Source: Acidimicrobiia bacterium (GTDB taxonomy: Bacteria > Actinomycetota > Acidimicrobiia > Spongiisociales > ZC4RG35). From it: a DNA stretch of 64,000 nucleotides. Shown here piece after piece: positions 1 through 9,277 of this stretch (the first letter of the stretch is position 1; every line of letters begins with the position of its first letter). The position numbers were made by a program, and so were the translations under genes. The notes beneath the pieces are model-generated. The model saw nothing but the letters and a program-made list of their open reading frames with translations. It was not told where the DNA came from and did no database searches. The stretch spans positions 96,694-160,693 of the forward strand of contig JANQRA010000023.1 of assembly GCA_028284765.1 (NCBI GenBank). Direction: 5' to 3'.

Positions 1-483
1 TGGCCCGAAGCAGCCGGCATCAGGCAGCTCCTCTTGGGAGAGGGAGACCCGTCGGCAATGGTGTCGACACTCGAAAGGCAATTGACGTCCACGGTGGGCG
101 CCGCCGAGTCAGGAGTGTCCCGCATCGAATCGGCTCTCCAGCTCATCGAAGCGGATCCTGTGTTGCCGATCGCCGATGTCGCCGCGAGCGTCGATGTCTC
201 ACACTCCCACCTGGTTAGAGAGTTCACATACTTCGTGGGGATCACACCTAGAGCTATGGCCAGACTTCTCCGTTTGCGTCGTCTACTTGAGGGTCTGGAT
301 GTTCGCGATGCGACCGATTGGGCCGATCTGTCGGTCAGTCTCGGTTGGTACGACCAAGCGCACCTCATTCGAGACTTCAAGCGACATACCGGGGTGACAC
401 CAACCGAGTACGTGACTGCCCAGCGAGCGACATTTGGCCAAGTGGCGCCGGAAGATGCGGCTGGATTCGTGCCGCAGTCCTGA
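1..483 (+). CDS. AraC/XylS-family transcriptional regulator, C-terminal HTH part (5' end probably upstream of window)
   Basis: The frame stays open back to base 1. The tail HLVREFTYFVGITPRAMARLLRLRRL...WYDQAHLIRDFKRHTGVTPTEY is the double helix-turn-helix AraC signature. Confidence 0.75.
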   Translation, partial: WPEAAGIRQLLLGEGDPSAMVSTLERQLTSTVGAAESGVSRIESALQLIEADPVLPIADVAASVDVSHSHLVREFTYFVGITPRAMARLLRLRRLLEGLDVRDATDWADLSVSLGWYDQAHLIRDFKRHTGVTPTEYVTAQRATFGQVAPEDAAGFVPQS

Positions 484-560
484 TCGACATCAAATCTGTC
501 CAATACAGATTGCAGAGCCCTCCGCATATTGGTGGCGAGACCAAGGACGAAGGAGACGTC

Positions 561-1121
561 ATGACTGAGCTCACAGGACAGGCAGCCACCCAACTGGCCA
601 ACATCGAGGCAAGTTCGGGCCGAACCCGTGCTGAGTTCACAGCGGAGATTGCCGCCGCGGGCCTCGAGAAGCATGGGGAGATCGTGTCTTATCTCAAACA
701 GAACCATGGCCTCACCCACGGCAACGCAAATCTCGTTGCAAAGCTGGTCCGTGACGACATGGCCGGCGGTCCAGCATCGGACGAGGAGCTCCTTCAAGCT
801 CAATACTCAGGTCCGAAGGCTGCTCTGGTCCCCATCTACGACGAGGTGTCGGCGATCGCGTTGGGATTGGGTGACGATGTCGATCAGGTGATTCAGAAGA
901 CTGGTGTGAGCTTTCGACGAGCGAAGCAGTTCCTTCTCGTCCAGGCCCCTTCCGCAAAGAGAGTTCAGTTGGGACTCAACCTTCCGCACACGCCCAAAGA
1001 CGAGCGTGTGAAAGAGACCAGCGGTATGTGCAGTCATCGGGTCGATATCACGTCACCTGAGGATGTCGATGACAGCGTTGCCTCCTGGATCGCCGCGGCC
1101 TACGAGGCAGCCGACGGGTAG
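561..1121 (+). CDS. DUF4287/DUF5655-type conserved protein
   Basis: ATG at 561 is preceded by GGAG. ANIEASSGRTRAEF...KHGEIVSYLKQNHGLTHGNANLV fits the DUF4287 pattern as I remember it. The tracked start at 318 overlaps the upstream gene and is unlikely. Confidence 0.6.
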   Translation: MTELTGQAATQLANIEASSGRTRAEFTAEIAAAGLEKHGEIVSYLKQNHGLTHGNANLVAKLVRDDMAGGPASDEELLQAQYSGPKAALVPIYDEVSAIALGLGDDVDQVIQKTGVSFRRAKQFLLVQAPSAKRVQLGLNLPHTPKDERVKETSGMCSHRVDITSPEDVDDSVASWIAAAYEAADG

Positions 1122-1159
1122 GGGAGATCAAGGTCTCCGGCGGTAGTACCGTCGCAGAC

Positions 1160-3769
1160 GTGCCAACCCTCGCCCTCATCGACGGCAATTCGATTGCATA
1201 TCGCGCCTTCTATGCCCTTCCCGAAGACCTAGCGACAAAGTCAGGCCAGGTCACCAACGCTGTGTTCGGGTTCACCCGGATGTTGATCCGACTACTGAAA
1301 GACCATCACCCCGAAGCTATCGCTGTCGCTTGGGACGTATCTCGTCAGACCTTCCGGACAGAGTCATATCCCGAGTACAAGGCCAACCGTTCCAAGGCCC
1401 CTGACCACTTTCGAAGCCAGCTGCCCCTGATGGACGAAGTCCTGGAGGCCCTGAACATCACCCAACTCCGCATGGAGGGGTACGAGGCCGACGACATCAT
1501 TGCCACGGTGACCAAGACGGCTGTGTCTGAAGGCTGGGAGGTCCTCATCGTCACGGGTGACCGTGACTCGTTCCAGCTGGTCGGAGGACCGGTGAAGGTC
1601 ATGTACACGAGGCGCGGCATCTCCGACACGGTGATCGCAGATGAGGGCTACATACAAGAGAAGTACGGCATCCCACCGTCCAAGTACGTCGAGTACGCGG
1701 CTCTGCGTGGTGACAGCTCCGACAACCTGCCGGGAGTTCCGGGGGTTGGGGAGAAGACCGCAGCCAGGTTGATCGGTGACTACGGATCGATCGACGGGGT
1801 GTTCGAAGCCGTCGGAGACCAGACGCCAAAGCTCAGAGAGAACCTCTCGGCTTCGATGGAACAGGTGATGCTGAATCGACAACTGATGGCTTTGGTTGAC
1901 GATCTGGATGTCGGACATCAAGTCGCGGAGTTCGAGACCAGGGAGTGGGATAGGTCCACTGTCAAGGACCTGTTCGACAGCCTCGAATTCCATACGATGT
2001 GGTCGGATCTCGAGGAAGCCTTGCCGTCCACCGGCGGTGCTACGGAAGTCCTCGAAGTTGAAACGGAGCTGCTCACCTCGCCAGACGCCGTGTCGCAACT
2101 CGCTGACGCCGACAGCATCGTGGTGGATCTGGTCACCAGCGGGGGCCAGCCTTACGGACTGGCGGTCTCCCTAAATGAAGGTTTGGCGGTTGTTGTCCCC
2201 TTCGAGCACGCCGCCCCCATTCTCGATGCGATGTCTTCAGGCAGGACTTCAGTCGCCGGCCACGACTTGAAGGCATTCGTTCGGGTTCTTCTCGACCTCG
2301 ACCACGACCTGACTGAGCTCGAGATGGATACCGCGCTCGCTGCATATCTCATGAACCCAGCGCAACGCAGCTATGAACTCGAGGAGATCGCCGAGCGAGT
2401 CCTCGGTCTCGAATTGGTGTCTCCCGATACGGAGGACACGACAGGAATGCTCCCCTTCGACGAGGGGCCAGACATTGAACTCGCCGGCCGGAGGGTCGAA
2501 GCAGTACGCAGGCTCGTGGAGAAACTTCGTGAAGAGCTCGAGCAAAGGGACGAGCTCGACCTCTTCTCAACCTATGAGTTGCCGCTGGTTCCAGTCCTCG
2601 CCAGAATGGAACACGCCGGCATCGGTGTCGATCGGCCGTACCTCGAGAGCATGGGTGCGGACCTGAGGGCTCAGCTAGCAAGGCTCGAAACAACCCTGCA
2701 CGACCTGGCAGGTGCCCCTTTCAATGTGAACTCGACGGACCAACTCCGGGTGATCCTCTTTGAACAGCTCGAGCTGCCTGTCATCAAGAAGACCTCCACT
2801 GGGAAGCCGTCGACAGATGCTTCGGTCCTGAAGAAGCTTAACCATCCTCTGGTCACTGCTCTCCTGGAATATCGGGAGCTGGAAAAGCTCCGATCCACCT
2901 ACGTCGACGGATACCTCCCCCTGGTTCACGGTGACGGTCGGATCAGAACCCGCTTCAACCAGATGGCAGCGACGACCGGACGACTCTCGTCCGACAGCCC
3001 AAACCTCCAGAACATTCCAGTCCGATCCGAGACCGGGATGACTATCCGCAAGGCGTTCATCGCCGGCAAGGAAAACGAGTTTCTGGTAGCCGACTACTCA
3101 CAGATCGAGCTGCGGGTTCTCGCCCACATGAGCGGCGATCCGTTCCTGATCGATGCCTTCAGAGACGACCTCGACATTCATACGGCCACGGCGGCACGCG
3201 TCTGGGGGGTCGAGACTGACGACGTTTCGTCGGAACAGAGACGTACCGCCAAGATGATCAACTTCGGGCTGTTGTATGGGATGGAGGCGTTCGGGCTCGC
3301 CGACCGTCTTGGCATCGGTCGAGATGAGGCGAAAGAGCACATCGATGCCTACTTCTCCCAGTTCAACCATGTACAGGAGTTCATGAAGTCGGTAGTCACC
3401 CTCGCCCGAAACCAGGGCTACACGACGACTCTGTTTGGACGACGTCGCTACCTGCCGGAACTGAAGTCAGACAACTTCCGGATACGACAGATGGGGGAGC
3501 GGATGGCGCTGAACGCGCCTGTGCAGGGCACGGCGGCCGACATCATCAAGAAGGCGATGATCGAACTGGATCAAGCACTGCGTGATGAGGGCATGGCCAC
3601 AACTCTGCTCCTTCAGATCCACGACGAGTTGATTCTCGAAGTCCCTGAAGACGAGAAGGTGGTCGCTGAGAAGCTCGTCGTCGAGATCATGGAGGGTGTG
3701 ACCGGCCTCGATGTCCCGCTCAGGGTCGATTCAGCATGGGGCAAAGACCTGGCAGCCGTAAAGGGCTAG
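1160..3769 (+). CDS. polA: DNA polymerase I
   Basis: 869 aa with an N-terminal 5'-3' exonuclease region (LIDGNSIAYRAFYAL). Family-A polymerase motifs are present: DYSQIELRVLAH, RRTAKMINFGLLYGM and QIHDELILE. Confidence 0.95.
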   Translation: MPTLALIDGNSIAYRAFYALPEDLATKSGQVTNAVFGFTRMLIRLLKDHHPEAIAVAWDVSRQTFRTESYPEYKANRSKAPDHFRSQLPLMDEVLEALNITQLRMEGYEADDIIATVTKTAVSEGWEVLIVTGDRDSFQLVGGPVKVMYTRRGISDTVIADEGYIQEKYGIPPSKYVEYAALRGDSSDNLPGVPGVGEKTAARLIGDYGSIDGVFEAVGDQTPKLRENLSASMEQVMLNRQLMALVDDLDVGHQVAEFETREWDRSTVKDLFDSLEFHTMWSDLEEALPSTGGATEVLEVETELLTSPDAVSQLADADSIVVDLVTSGGQPYGLAVSLNEGLAVVVPFEHAAPILDAMSSGRTSVAGHDLKAFVRVLLDLDHDLTELEMDTALAAYLMNPAQRSYELEEIAERVLGLELVSPDTEDTTGMLPFDEGPDIELAGRRVEAVRRLVEKLREELEQRDELDLFSTYELPLVPVLARMEHAGIGVDRPYLESMGADLRAQLARLETTLHDLAGAPFNVNSTDQLRVILFEQLELPVIKKTSTGKPSTDASVLKKLNHPLVTALLEYRELEKLRSTYVDGYLPLVHGDGRIRTRFNQMAATTGRLSSDSPNLQNIPVRSETGMTIRKAFIAGKENEFLVADYSQIELRVLAHMSGDPFLIDAFRDDLDIHTATAARVWGVETDDVSSEQRRTAKMINFGLLYGMEAFGLADRLGIGRDEAKEHIDAYFSQFNHVQEFMKSVVTLARNQGYTTTLFGRRRYLPELKSDNFRIRQMGERMALNAPVQGTAADIIKKAMIELDQALRDEGMATTLLLQIHDELILEVPEDEKVVAEKLVVEIMEGVTGLDVPLRVDSAWGKDLAAVKG

Positions 3770-4005
3770 GGACGCGGCGGTAGCCGTCGACCGACCGGCG
3801 TCTGTTTGGCCGAGGGTTCAGCATCGACCGTCCCTGGGCTGAGCTCGAGTCCCCTGGTACGACCAATTGCAGGGGCTAGGAGGCATGCGGCCAAAGTCGG
3901 TCGACCATCGAAACAGCTTGGCTATTCGCGGGGATTCTGCGTACACTTCAACCATCTGCCGGCGCTCCGCTGGCATTGACTTTCCCAAGAGGTATCCATT
4001 TACAC

Positions 4006-5490
4006 ATGTCCAACGAGCTAGAAACCGCGCCCGTAGCCACTCCCGGCGAGGAGGAGAAGGCCGCAGCGCCCGAGACCGAGGCTGTCGAAGAAGTGACCGC
4101 CCCGGCGACCGAAACCGCAGCTGAAACCAGCGCGGATCCCAAGGCCGAAGAGGCCGCAACCACTGAAGAAGCTGCCGACGAGGAGAAGGCCGAAGAGGCC
4201 AAGCCGAAGTTCGTCGAGCGTGAGGCGTTGGTTGCTCCCGACCTGAGCGATCTCCCCGACGACATCGGTGATGACTTCGAGAGAGCAATCGAGGCGACTG
4301 TCCTCGAGTTCAAAGAAGGCGACATCGTTGAGGGCTCGATCGTCAGCGTCGATTCCGAGGGCGCCCTCGTAGACATTGGATACAAGTCAGAAGGTTTCAT
4401 CCCGACTCGGGAACTCTCGATTCGGAACAACATCGACCCGGAAAAGACTGTCGCCATTGGCGATCGTGTCGAATCGGTCGTTCTCGACAAAGAAGATGAC
4501 GAGGGTCGCCTCATCCTCTCTAAGAAGCGGGCAATGTACGAGCGTGCCTGGGGTCAGATCCAAAAGGTGGCAGACGCCGACGGAACTGTCGAAGGGACCG
4601 TCATCGAAGTAGTCAAGGGTGGCCTCATCGTCGATATCGGTCTCCGAGGCTTTCTCCCCGCATCGCTCGTTGATCTCAGGAGAGTCCGAGATCTCGATCC
4701 CTTCATCGGCGACACCATCACCGCCAAGGTGATCGAACTCGATCGTCAGCGGAACAACGTGGTCCTTTCCCGACGGGCACACCTCGAAGAAGCCCTCGCT
4801 GAGGAGCGGACCGAGTTCCTCGACAACCTCCACGAAGGTGAAGTTCGCGACGGAACCATCTCCTCAGTCGTCAATTTCGGAGCTTTTGTCGACCTTGGTG
4901 GCATGGACGGACTGGTCCATGTATCGGAGCTTTCCTGGCAGCACGTCAACCATCCCAGCGAGCTGGTGAAGGTCGGCGATGAGGTCAAAGTGAAGGTCCT
5001 CGAGGTTGACCGTGACCGTGAGCGGATTTCTCTTTCGATTCGACAGACATCCGAAGATCCATGGGATGTATTCGCAGGAGACCACGAGATCGGAGACGTC
5101 GTGGACGGAACCGTCACCAAAACCGTGCCTTTCGGTGCCTTTGTCTCAGTGGCAGATGGAGTTGAAGGTCTGGTCCACGTCTCAGAGATCGCCGTCCATC
5201 GTGTCGAGTCTCCTGAGCTGGAGCTTTCGATCGGCCAGACTGTCAAGGTCAAGATCACCGAGAAGGACGACGAGCGTCGTCGAGTCTCGCTGTCGATCAA
5301 ACAGGCCCTGCCCGACTACAAGGAGCGCATGGCCGAGGTCGAAGACAAGAAGGGGAGAGGCCCCCGCAAGCCACGTGAATTCGAACGTGAGTTTGGGGCG
5401 GAGGCCGAAGAACGACCGCCGATGCCAGTCGATGCCAGCCTCGAGGCCATCCTGAAGGAATTGAAGGAACGAGGAATCGGTAGGCGATAA
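4006..5490 (+). CDS. rpsA: 30S ribosomal protein S1 with acidic N-terminal extension
   Basis: Repeated S1 domains (GDIVEGSIVSV.., GTVEGTVIEVVKGGLIVDIG, GEVRDGTISSVVNFGAFVDLG, GDVVDGTVTKTVPFGAFVSV). In-frame ATG at 4006 was chosen over the TTG at 3976. Sits after polA, as in other actinobacteria. Confidence 0.9.
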   Translation: MSNELETAPVATPGEEEKAAAPETEAVEEVTAPATETAAETSADPKAEEAATTEEAADEEKAEEAKPKFVEREALVAPDLSDLPDDIGDDFERAIEATVLEFKEGDIVEGSIVSVDSEGALVDIGYKSEGFIPTRELSIRNNIDPEKTVAIGDRVESVVLDKEDDEGRLILSKKRAMYERAWGQIQKVADADGTVEGTVIEVVKGGLIVDIGLRGFLPASLVDLRRVRDLDPFIGDTITAKVIELDRQRNNVVLSRRAHLEEALAEERTEFLDNLHEGEVRDGTISSVVNFGAFVDLGGMDGLVHVSELSWQHVNHPSELVKVGDEVKVKVLEVDRDRERISLSIRQTSEDPWDVFAGDHEIGDVVDGTVTKTVPFGAFVSVADGVEGLVHVSEIAVHRVESPELELSIGQTVKVKITEKDDERRRVSLSIKQALPDYKERMAEVEDKKGRGPRKPREFEREFGAEAEERPPMPVDASLEAILKELKERGIGRR

Positions 5491-5512
5491 CGCCAATCCC
5501 GGCTAGCTTGTG

Positions 5513-5550
5513 AAAGCCCTTGAGACTGATCAGTCTCAAGGGCTTTTGTT
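5513..5550 (+). terminator. Rho-independent terminator after rpsA
   Basis: Perfect inverted repeat AAAGCCCTTGAGACTG/CAGTCTCAAGGGCTTT followed by TTTTGTTT. Confidence 0.8.
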
Positions 5551-5613
5551 TGATCCTTGTTCATGGGTCGGTGTGCCCATAGATTTATGGCCGAAAAACT
5601 TAAGACTGTTAGC

Positions 5614-5649
5614 TGCAGGTCCGACAATCACTGTGTTATCGAACCTGCA
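5614..5649 (+). promoter_or_regulatory. Imperfect 11-bp inverted repeat in the leader of the tad operon
   Basis: TGCAGGTCCGA ... TCGAACCTGCA (one mismatch) about 100 nt upstream of the cpaB ATG. Function unknown; could be an operator or an RNA stem. Confidence 0.25.
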
Positions 5650-5743
5650 AAGAACGGCGGGCTGAGGCTCGCCGGTACTATGCCCTCCCGCTTCCTCGTG
5701 GCAATTGCGATGAGAAGCAGAGGGGACAACCGAAGGGGACTCA

Positions 5744-6688
5744 ATGGGTAGGAGAGCCATCGTTCTTCTTGTGGCCTTGATATTGGCCGGGCTTGCCGCA
5801 TGGGCGGTCTGGAACTTCATGCAAGGGGTCCAAGAAGATGCCGAGGACGCACAGGCCGTCACAAACGTGTTCCGGGCTGGTCCTGGCGGTATCGCCGAAG
5901 GTCAAGAAGGAAGCATTCTCGTCACCGATTTCAACAACGGTGGCTCGCTTGTCGAAGAGAGCACAGACGAGTTCGAGGACACACCGCCGGACGCCATTCA
6001 GTCGGCCGAAGAGCTTCGATCGATCCTCACCGGAAAGGTGGCAGCCGGACCGATCTCGGAAGGAAGCATCCTCACCAGGGCTCAGTGGACTGAAGTCTCG
6101 GTTGATGTCATTCCGCTTTCGGAGCAGATCGCTTCCGGTAACCAGGCCATCACGATCAACACTTCGAACGTTCAGGGTGTTAACGGATTCGTCGAAGCCG
6201 GCGACCGGGTCAACATGATCATCACACTCGACATCGAGTTCGACCTCATCCCGCTGGACGGTGCACCGATCCTTCCGCCAGATGACGGCGGCACGGACAC
6301 AGGCACGACCGATGAAGACGAGGCGGAGACGGTGACGGTCACCTATACCCGCTACGTCCTGCAGGGACTCAACGTTCTGGCCACCGGCCGTGACGTCCGT
6401 CCTGACGAGGAGGAAGATCAGACTGGTCAGGTCGAAGCCGACACCCCGACAACGGGTGAAGACGGCGAAGCGACAGCTGAAGAAGAAGACACAGGTAACT
6501 CGACGACGTTCACTCTCGAGGTCACACCAGACCAGGCCGAGCGCATCGTGTACGCGTTCGAGAACGGCTCAATCTGGCTTACCCTTGTCCCCGAGGACTT
6601 CGTTGAAGTCGAGACCGACGGTGTCACCATTGACAATCTGTTCGGTGGCGACCTGCTCGACGCGGTCTTCCCAGATCTAGATCAGTAG
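5744..6688 (+). CDS. cpaB: Flp pilus assembly protein CpaB/RcpC-like, with an acidic low-complexity insertion
   Basis: N-terminal TM anchor (AIVLLVALILAGLAAWAVW) followed by a SAF-like region. First gene of the tad operon. Contains a D/E/T-rich insert (TDEDEAET.., EEEDQTGQVEADTPTTGEDGEATAEEEDTG). Confidence 0.75.
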   Translation: MGRRAIVLLVALILAGLAAWAVWNFMQGVQEDAEDAQAVTNVFRAGPGGIAEGQEGSILVTDFNNGGSLVEESTDEFEDTPPDAIQSAEELRSILTGKVAAGPISEGSILTRAQWTEVSVDVIPLSEQIASGNQAITINTSNVQGVNGFVEAGDRVNMIITLDIEFDLIPLDGAPILPPDDGGTDTGTTDEDEAETVTVTYTRYVLQGLNVLATGRDVRPDEEEDQTGQVEADTPTTGEDGEATAEEEDTGNSTTFTLEVTPDQAERIVYAFENGSIWLTLVPEDFVEVETDGVTIDNLFGGDLLDAVFPDLDQ

Positions 6689-6712
6689 ACCGGAGAGGTA
6701 AGAGGCAGACCC

Positions 6713-7897
6713 ATGTCAATGGCCGAAAACAATCTCCTGGTGGTTGACCGGGATGACGACTTTGTCGCCAGCGCCAAGACGCTGTTCGACGGTTCGCTCC
6801 CGGTTGCCCGCACCTTGGAGGAGGCCAGCCAGACCGTCACATCGGGTGACGTTCGGATGGTGTTGATTGGCCCGTCGTACAACGACGACGCGGCCATGGA
6901 CCAAATCAGATCACTACACAATCAGGACCCGTCCCTTGTCCTGATGATGGTGGCTGACGTGGTCACAGCCGACATCCTGCGCAAAGGTATGCGTGCCGGT
7001 GTTTCTGATGTCATCGAGGCTCCTCTGGACGAGGCAAAGATCGAGGCGGCCATTGAGCAATTTGCTCATGACGTCCTGAAGCGCCAGGTCACAGACACTT
7101 CCTCGGAGGCGCCAGAGGCGTCTGGTGAGAAGGGCCGGATCATCACGGTGACTTCGGCCAAAGGTGGCAGTGGCAAGACAGTCCTCGCCACCAACCTCGC
7201 TTTGGTGCTCAATAGATTCCCCGATAGCAAGGTCGTGCTCGTTGATGCCGACCTGCAATTCGGCGATGTCTGTCTGGTGCTCCAGCTCGAGCCTCGTTTC
7301 ACGATGGTCAATGCCGCACACGAGCTCCACCAGCTCGATGGTGAACTTCTCGATTCGCTGCTGACAGAGCATCCCAGTGGGTTGAAAGTCCTGGCTGCGC
7401 CGCTAGAGCCGGCGTTCGCCGATGACATCACAACAGCTGGCTTGATGCAGATGCTCGATGTGCTTCGGGACAACTTCGACTACATCGTCGTCGATACGGC
7501 AGCGATGCTCGACGAGTTGATCCTGTCGCTGATCGAGAAGTCAGACGACATTCTCATGTTGGTCGACATGGACCTCCCGTCCGTGAAGAACGCCAAGCTC
7601 GCTCTTGAGACTCTGCGTTTGCTCAAGTTCTCCACCGCCAACGTGAAGCTGGTCATGAACCGTTCCAATTCCAAAGCGAAGCTGGACAACAAGGAGATCG
7701 AAGGAGCGCTGAAGATGGATATCTCCGCATCAGTGCCGTCGGACGCCGTTGTTGCAGCTTCAGTTAATGAGGGTCGGCCTGTGGTCGAGACCGATCCGAA
7801 ATCGAGAGTTTCTAAAGGCTTCGAATCAGTTGCCGAACTCATTGCGGGCAAGGTGCCCGAAGCAGAAGGTCGTAAGAGCGTCTTCGGGCGTAAGTAG
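6713..7897 (+). CDS. cpaE: TadZ/CpaE-type ParA/MinD-like ATPase with N-terminal receiver-like domain
   Basis: Deviant Walker A (SAKGGSGKTVLATNLA) and a receiver-like N-terminus. Lies between cpaB and cpaF. Confidence 0.85.
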   Translation: MSMAENNLLVVDRDDDFVASAKTLFDGSLPVARTLEEASQTVTSGDVRMVLIGPSYNDDAAMDQIRSLHNQDPSLVLMMVADVVTADILRKGMRAGVSDVIEAPLDEAKIEAAIEQFAHDVLKRQVTDTSSEAPEASGEKGRIITVTSAKGGSGKTVLATNLALVLNRFPDSKVVLVDADLQFGDVCLVLQLEPRFTMVNAAHELHQLDGELLDSLLTEHPSGLKVLAAPLEPAFADDITTAGLMQMLDVLRDNFDYIVVDTAAMLDELILSLIEKSDDILMLVDMDLPSVKNAKLALETLRLLKFSTANVKLVMNRSNSKAKLDNKEIEGALKMDISASVPSDAVVAASVNEGRPVVETDPKSRVSKGFESVAELIAGKVPEAEGRKSVFGRK

Positions 7898-7915
7898 GGA
7901 GAAGGGGGCCGAACA

Positions 7916-9277
7916 ATGCCATCACTATCTGAGAGAGTCGCAGCAGCCCGGCAGACAGAGTCGACCGAGCAGGTTTCCAACCGCTCCGATGCTCTGGGCG
8001 AGCTTCGAGGCCGGCTCCACTTCAAGGTTGTAGAGGAACTCGGACCCACCCTGTATGACAGGGGAATGTCCGACGCGGAGCTTCGACTCCGGGTACTCGA
8101 GATGCTGGAGTGGGCAGTCGACCAGGAGCAAGGTCTACCCCTCACCTCCGCCGACCGTCGTGCGCTTCTAAACGAGATCGCCTCTGACGTCCTCGGCTAC
8201 GGACCGATCGATCCGCTTCTTCACGACCCAGAGATCACTGAAGTCATGGCCAACGGCCCGTATGACGTCTACTACGAGAAGTCGGGTCGAATCCAGAAGT
8301 CAGACGTCAAGTTCGTGGACGAAGTCCATCTCCGTCGCATCATCGACAAGATCGTCGGTCAGATCGGCCGTCGTGTCGACGAAGCGACCCCCATGGTGGA
8401 TGCTCGTCTTCCGGACGGATCTCGTGTCAACGCGATCATCGCTCCGCTGGCGATCGGTGGGCCCTACCTGACGATTCGTAAGTTCGCCGTCGATCCATAC
8501 CAGGAAGCTGACCTGATCAGCTTCGGCACCCTCACCCAGCGAGTAGCTGACTTCCTCAGGGCGTGTGTGCGAGGTCGACTGAACATCCTCATCTCTGGAG
8601 GTACCGGTTCCGGTAAGACCACCACCTTGAACGTGGTGTCCGCCTACATCCCCGGTGACGAGCGCATCATCACGGTTGAGGACGCTGCTGAGTTGCAACT
8701 CCACCAGGAGCACGTGCTGACTCTGGAGTCCCGCCCTGCCAACATCGAGGGTCAGGGACAGGTGATGATTCGAGACCTGGTCAAAAACACCCTGCGTATG
8801 CGGCCCGACCGTATCGTCGTAGGTGAGGTTCGTGACGCCGCAGCACTGGACATGTTGCAGGCCATGAACACCGGTCACGATGGCTCGCTGACAACAGTTC
8901 ACTCCAACACACCTCGTGACACCTTGTCTCGTATCGAGACCATGGTGCTGATGGCCGGGTTCGACCTGCCGGTTCGAGCTATCCGAGAGCAGATTTCATC
9001 TGCCGTTGACTTGATCGTGCACGTGTCACGTCTCAAGGACGGCACGAGGCGCATCACTCACGTAACTGAGGTGGAGGGCATGGAGGGTGAAGTCATCACT
9101 CTGCAGGACCTCTTCCTGTTCGACTATGGCATGGGCGTTGACGAAGACGGTCGATACAAAGGCCGCCTGAAGGCAACCGGGATCCGCCCCAGCTTCTCGG
9201 AGGACCTGGAGAACCAGGGCATTCGACTGCCGGCCGACCTGTTCGACCCGGAGCCGTTCGCCCGGAGATCCAATTGA
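7916..9277 (+). CDS. cpaF: Tad secretion ATPase CpaF/TadA
   Basis: Walker [13 protein letters not shown], Walker [10 protein letters not shown], and the [10 protein letters not shown] His box typical of type II/IV secretion ATPases. Confidence 0.92.
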   Translation: MPSLSERVAAARQTESTEQVSNRSDALGELRGRLHFKVVEELGPTLYDRGMSDAELRLRVLEMLEWAVDQEQGLPLTSADRRALLNEIASDVLGYGPIDPLLHDPEITEVMANGPYDVYYEKSGRIQKSDVKFVDEVHLRRIIDKIVGQIGRRVDEATPMVDARLPDGSRVNAIIAPLAIGGPYLTIRKFAVDPYQEADLISFGTLTQRVADFLRACVRGRLNILISGGTGSGKTTTLNVVSAYIPGDERIITVEDAAELQLHQEHVLTLESRPANIEGQGQVMIRDLVKNTLRMRPDRIVVGEVRDAAALDMLQAMNTGHDGSLTTVHSNTPRDTLSRIETMVLMAGFDLPVRAIREQISSAVDLIVHVSRLKDGTRRITHVTEVEGMEGEVITLQDLFLFDYGMGVDEDGRYKGRLKATGIRPSFSEDLENQGIRLPADLFDPEPFARRSN

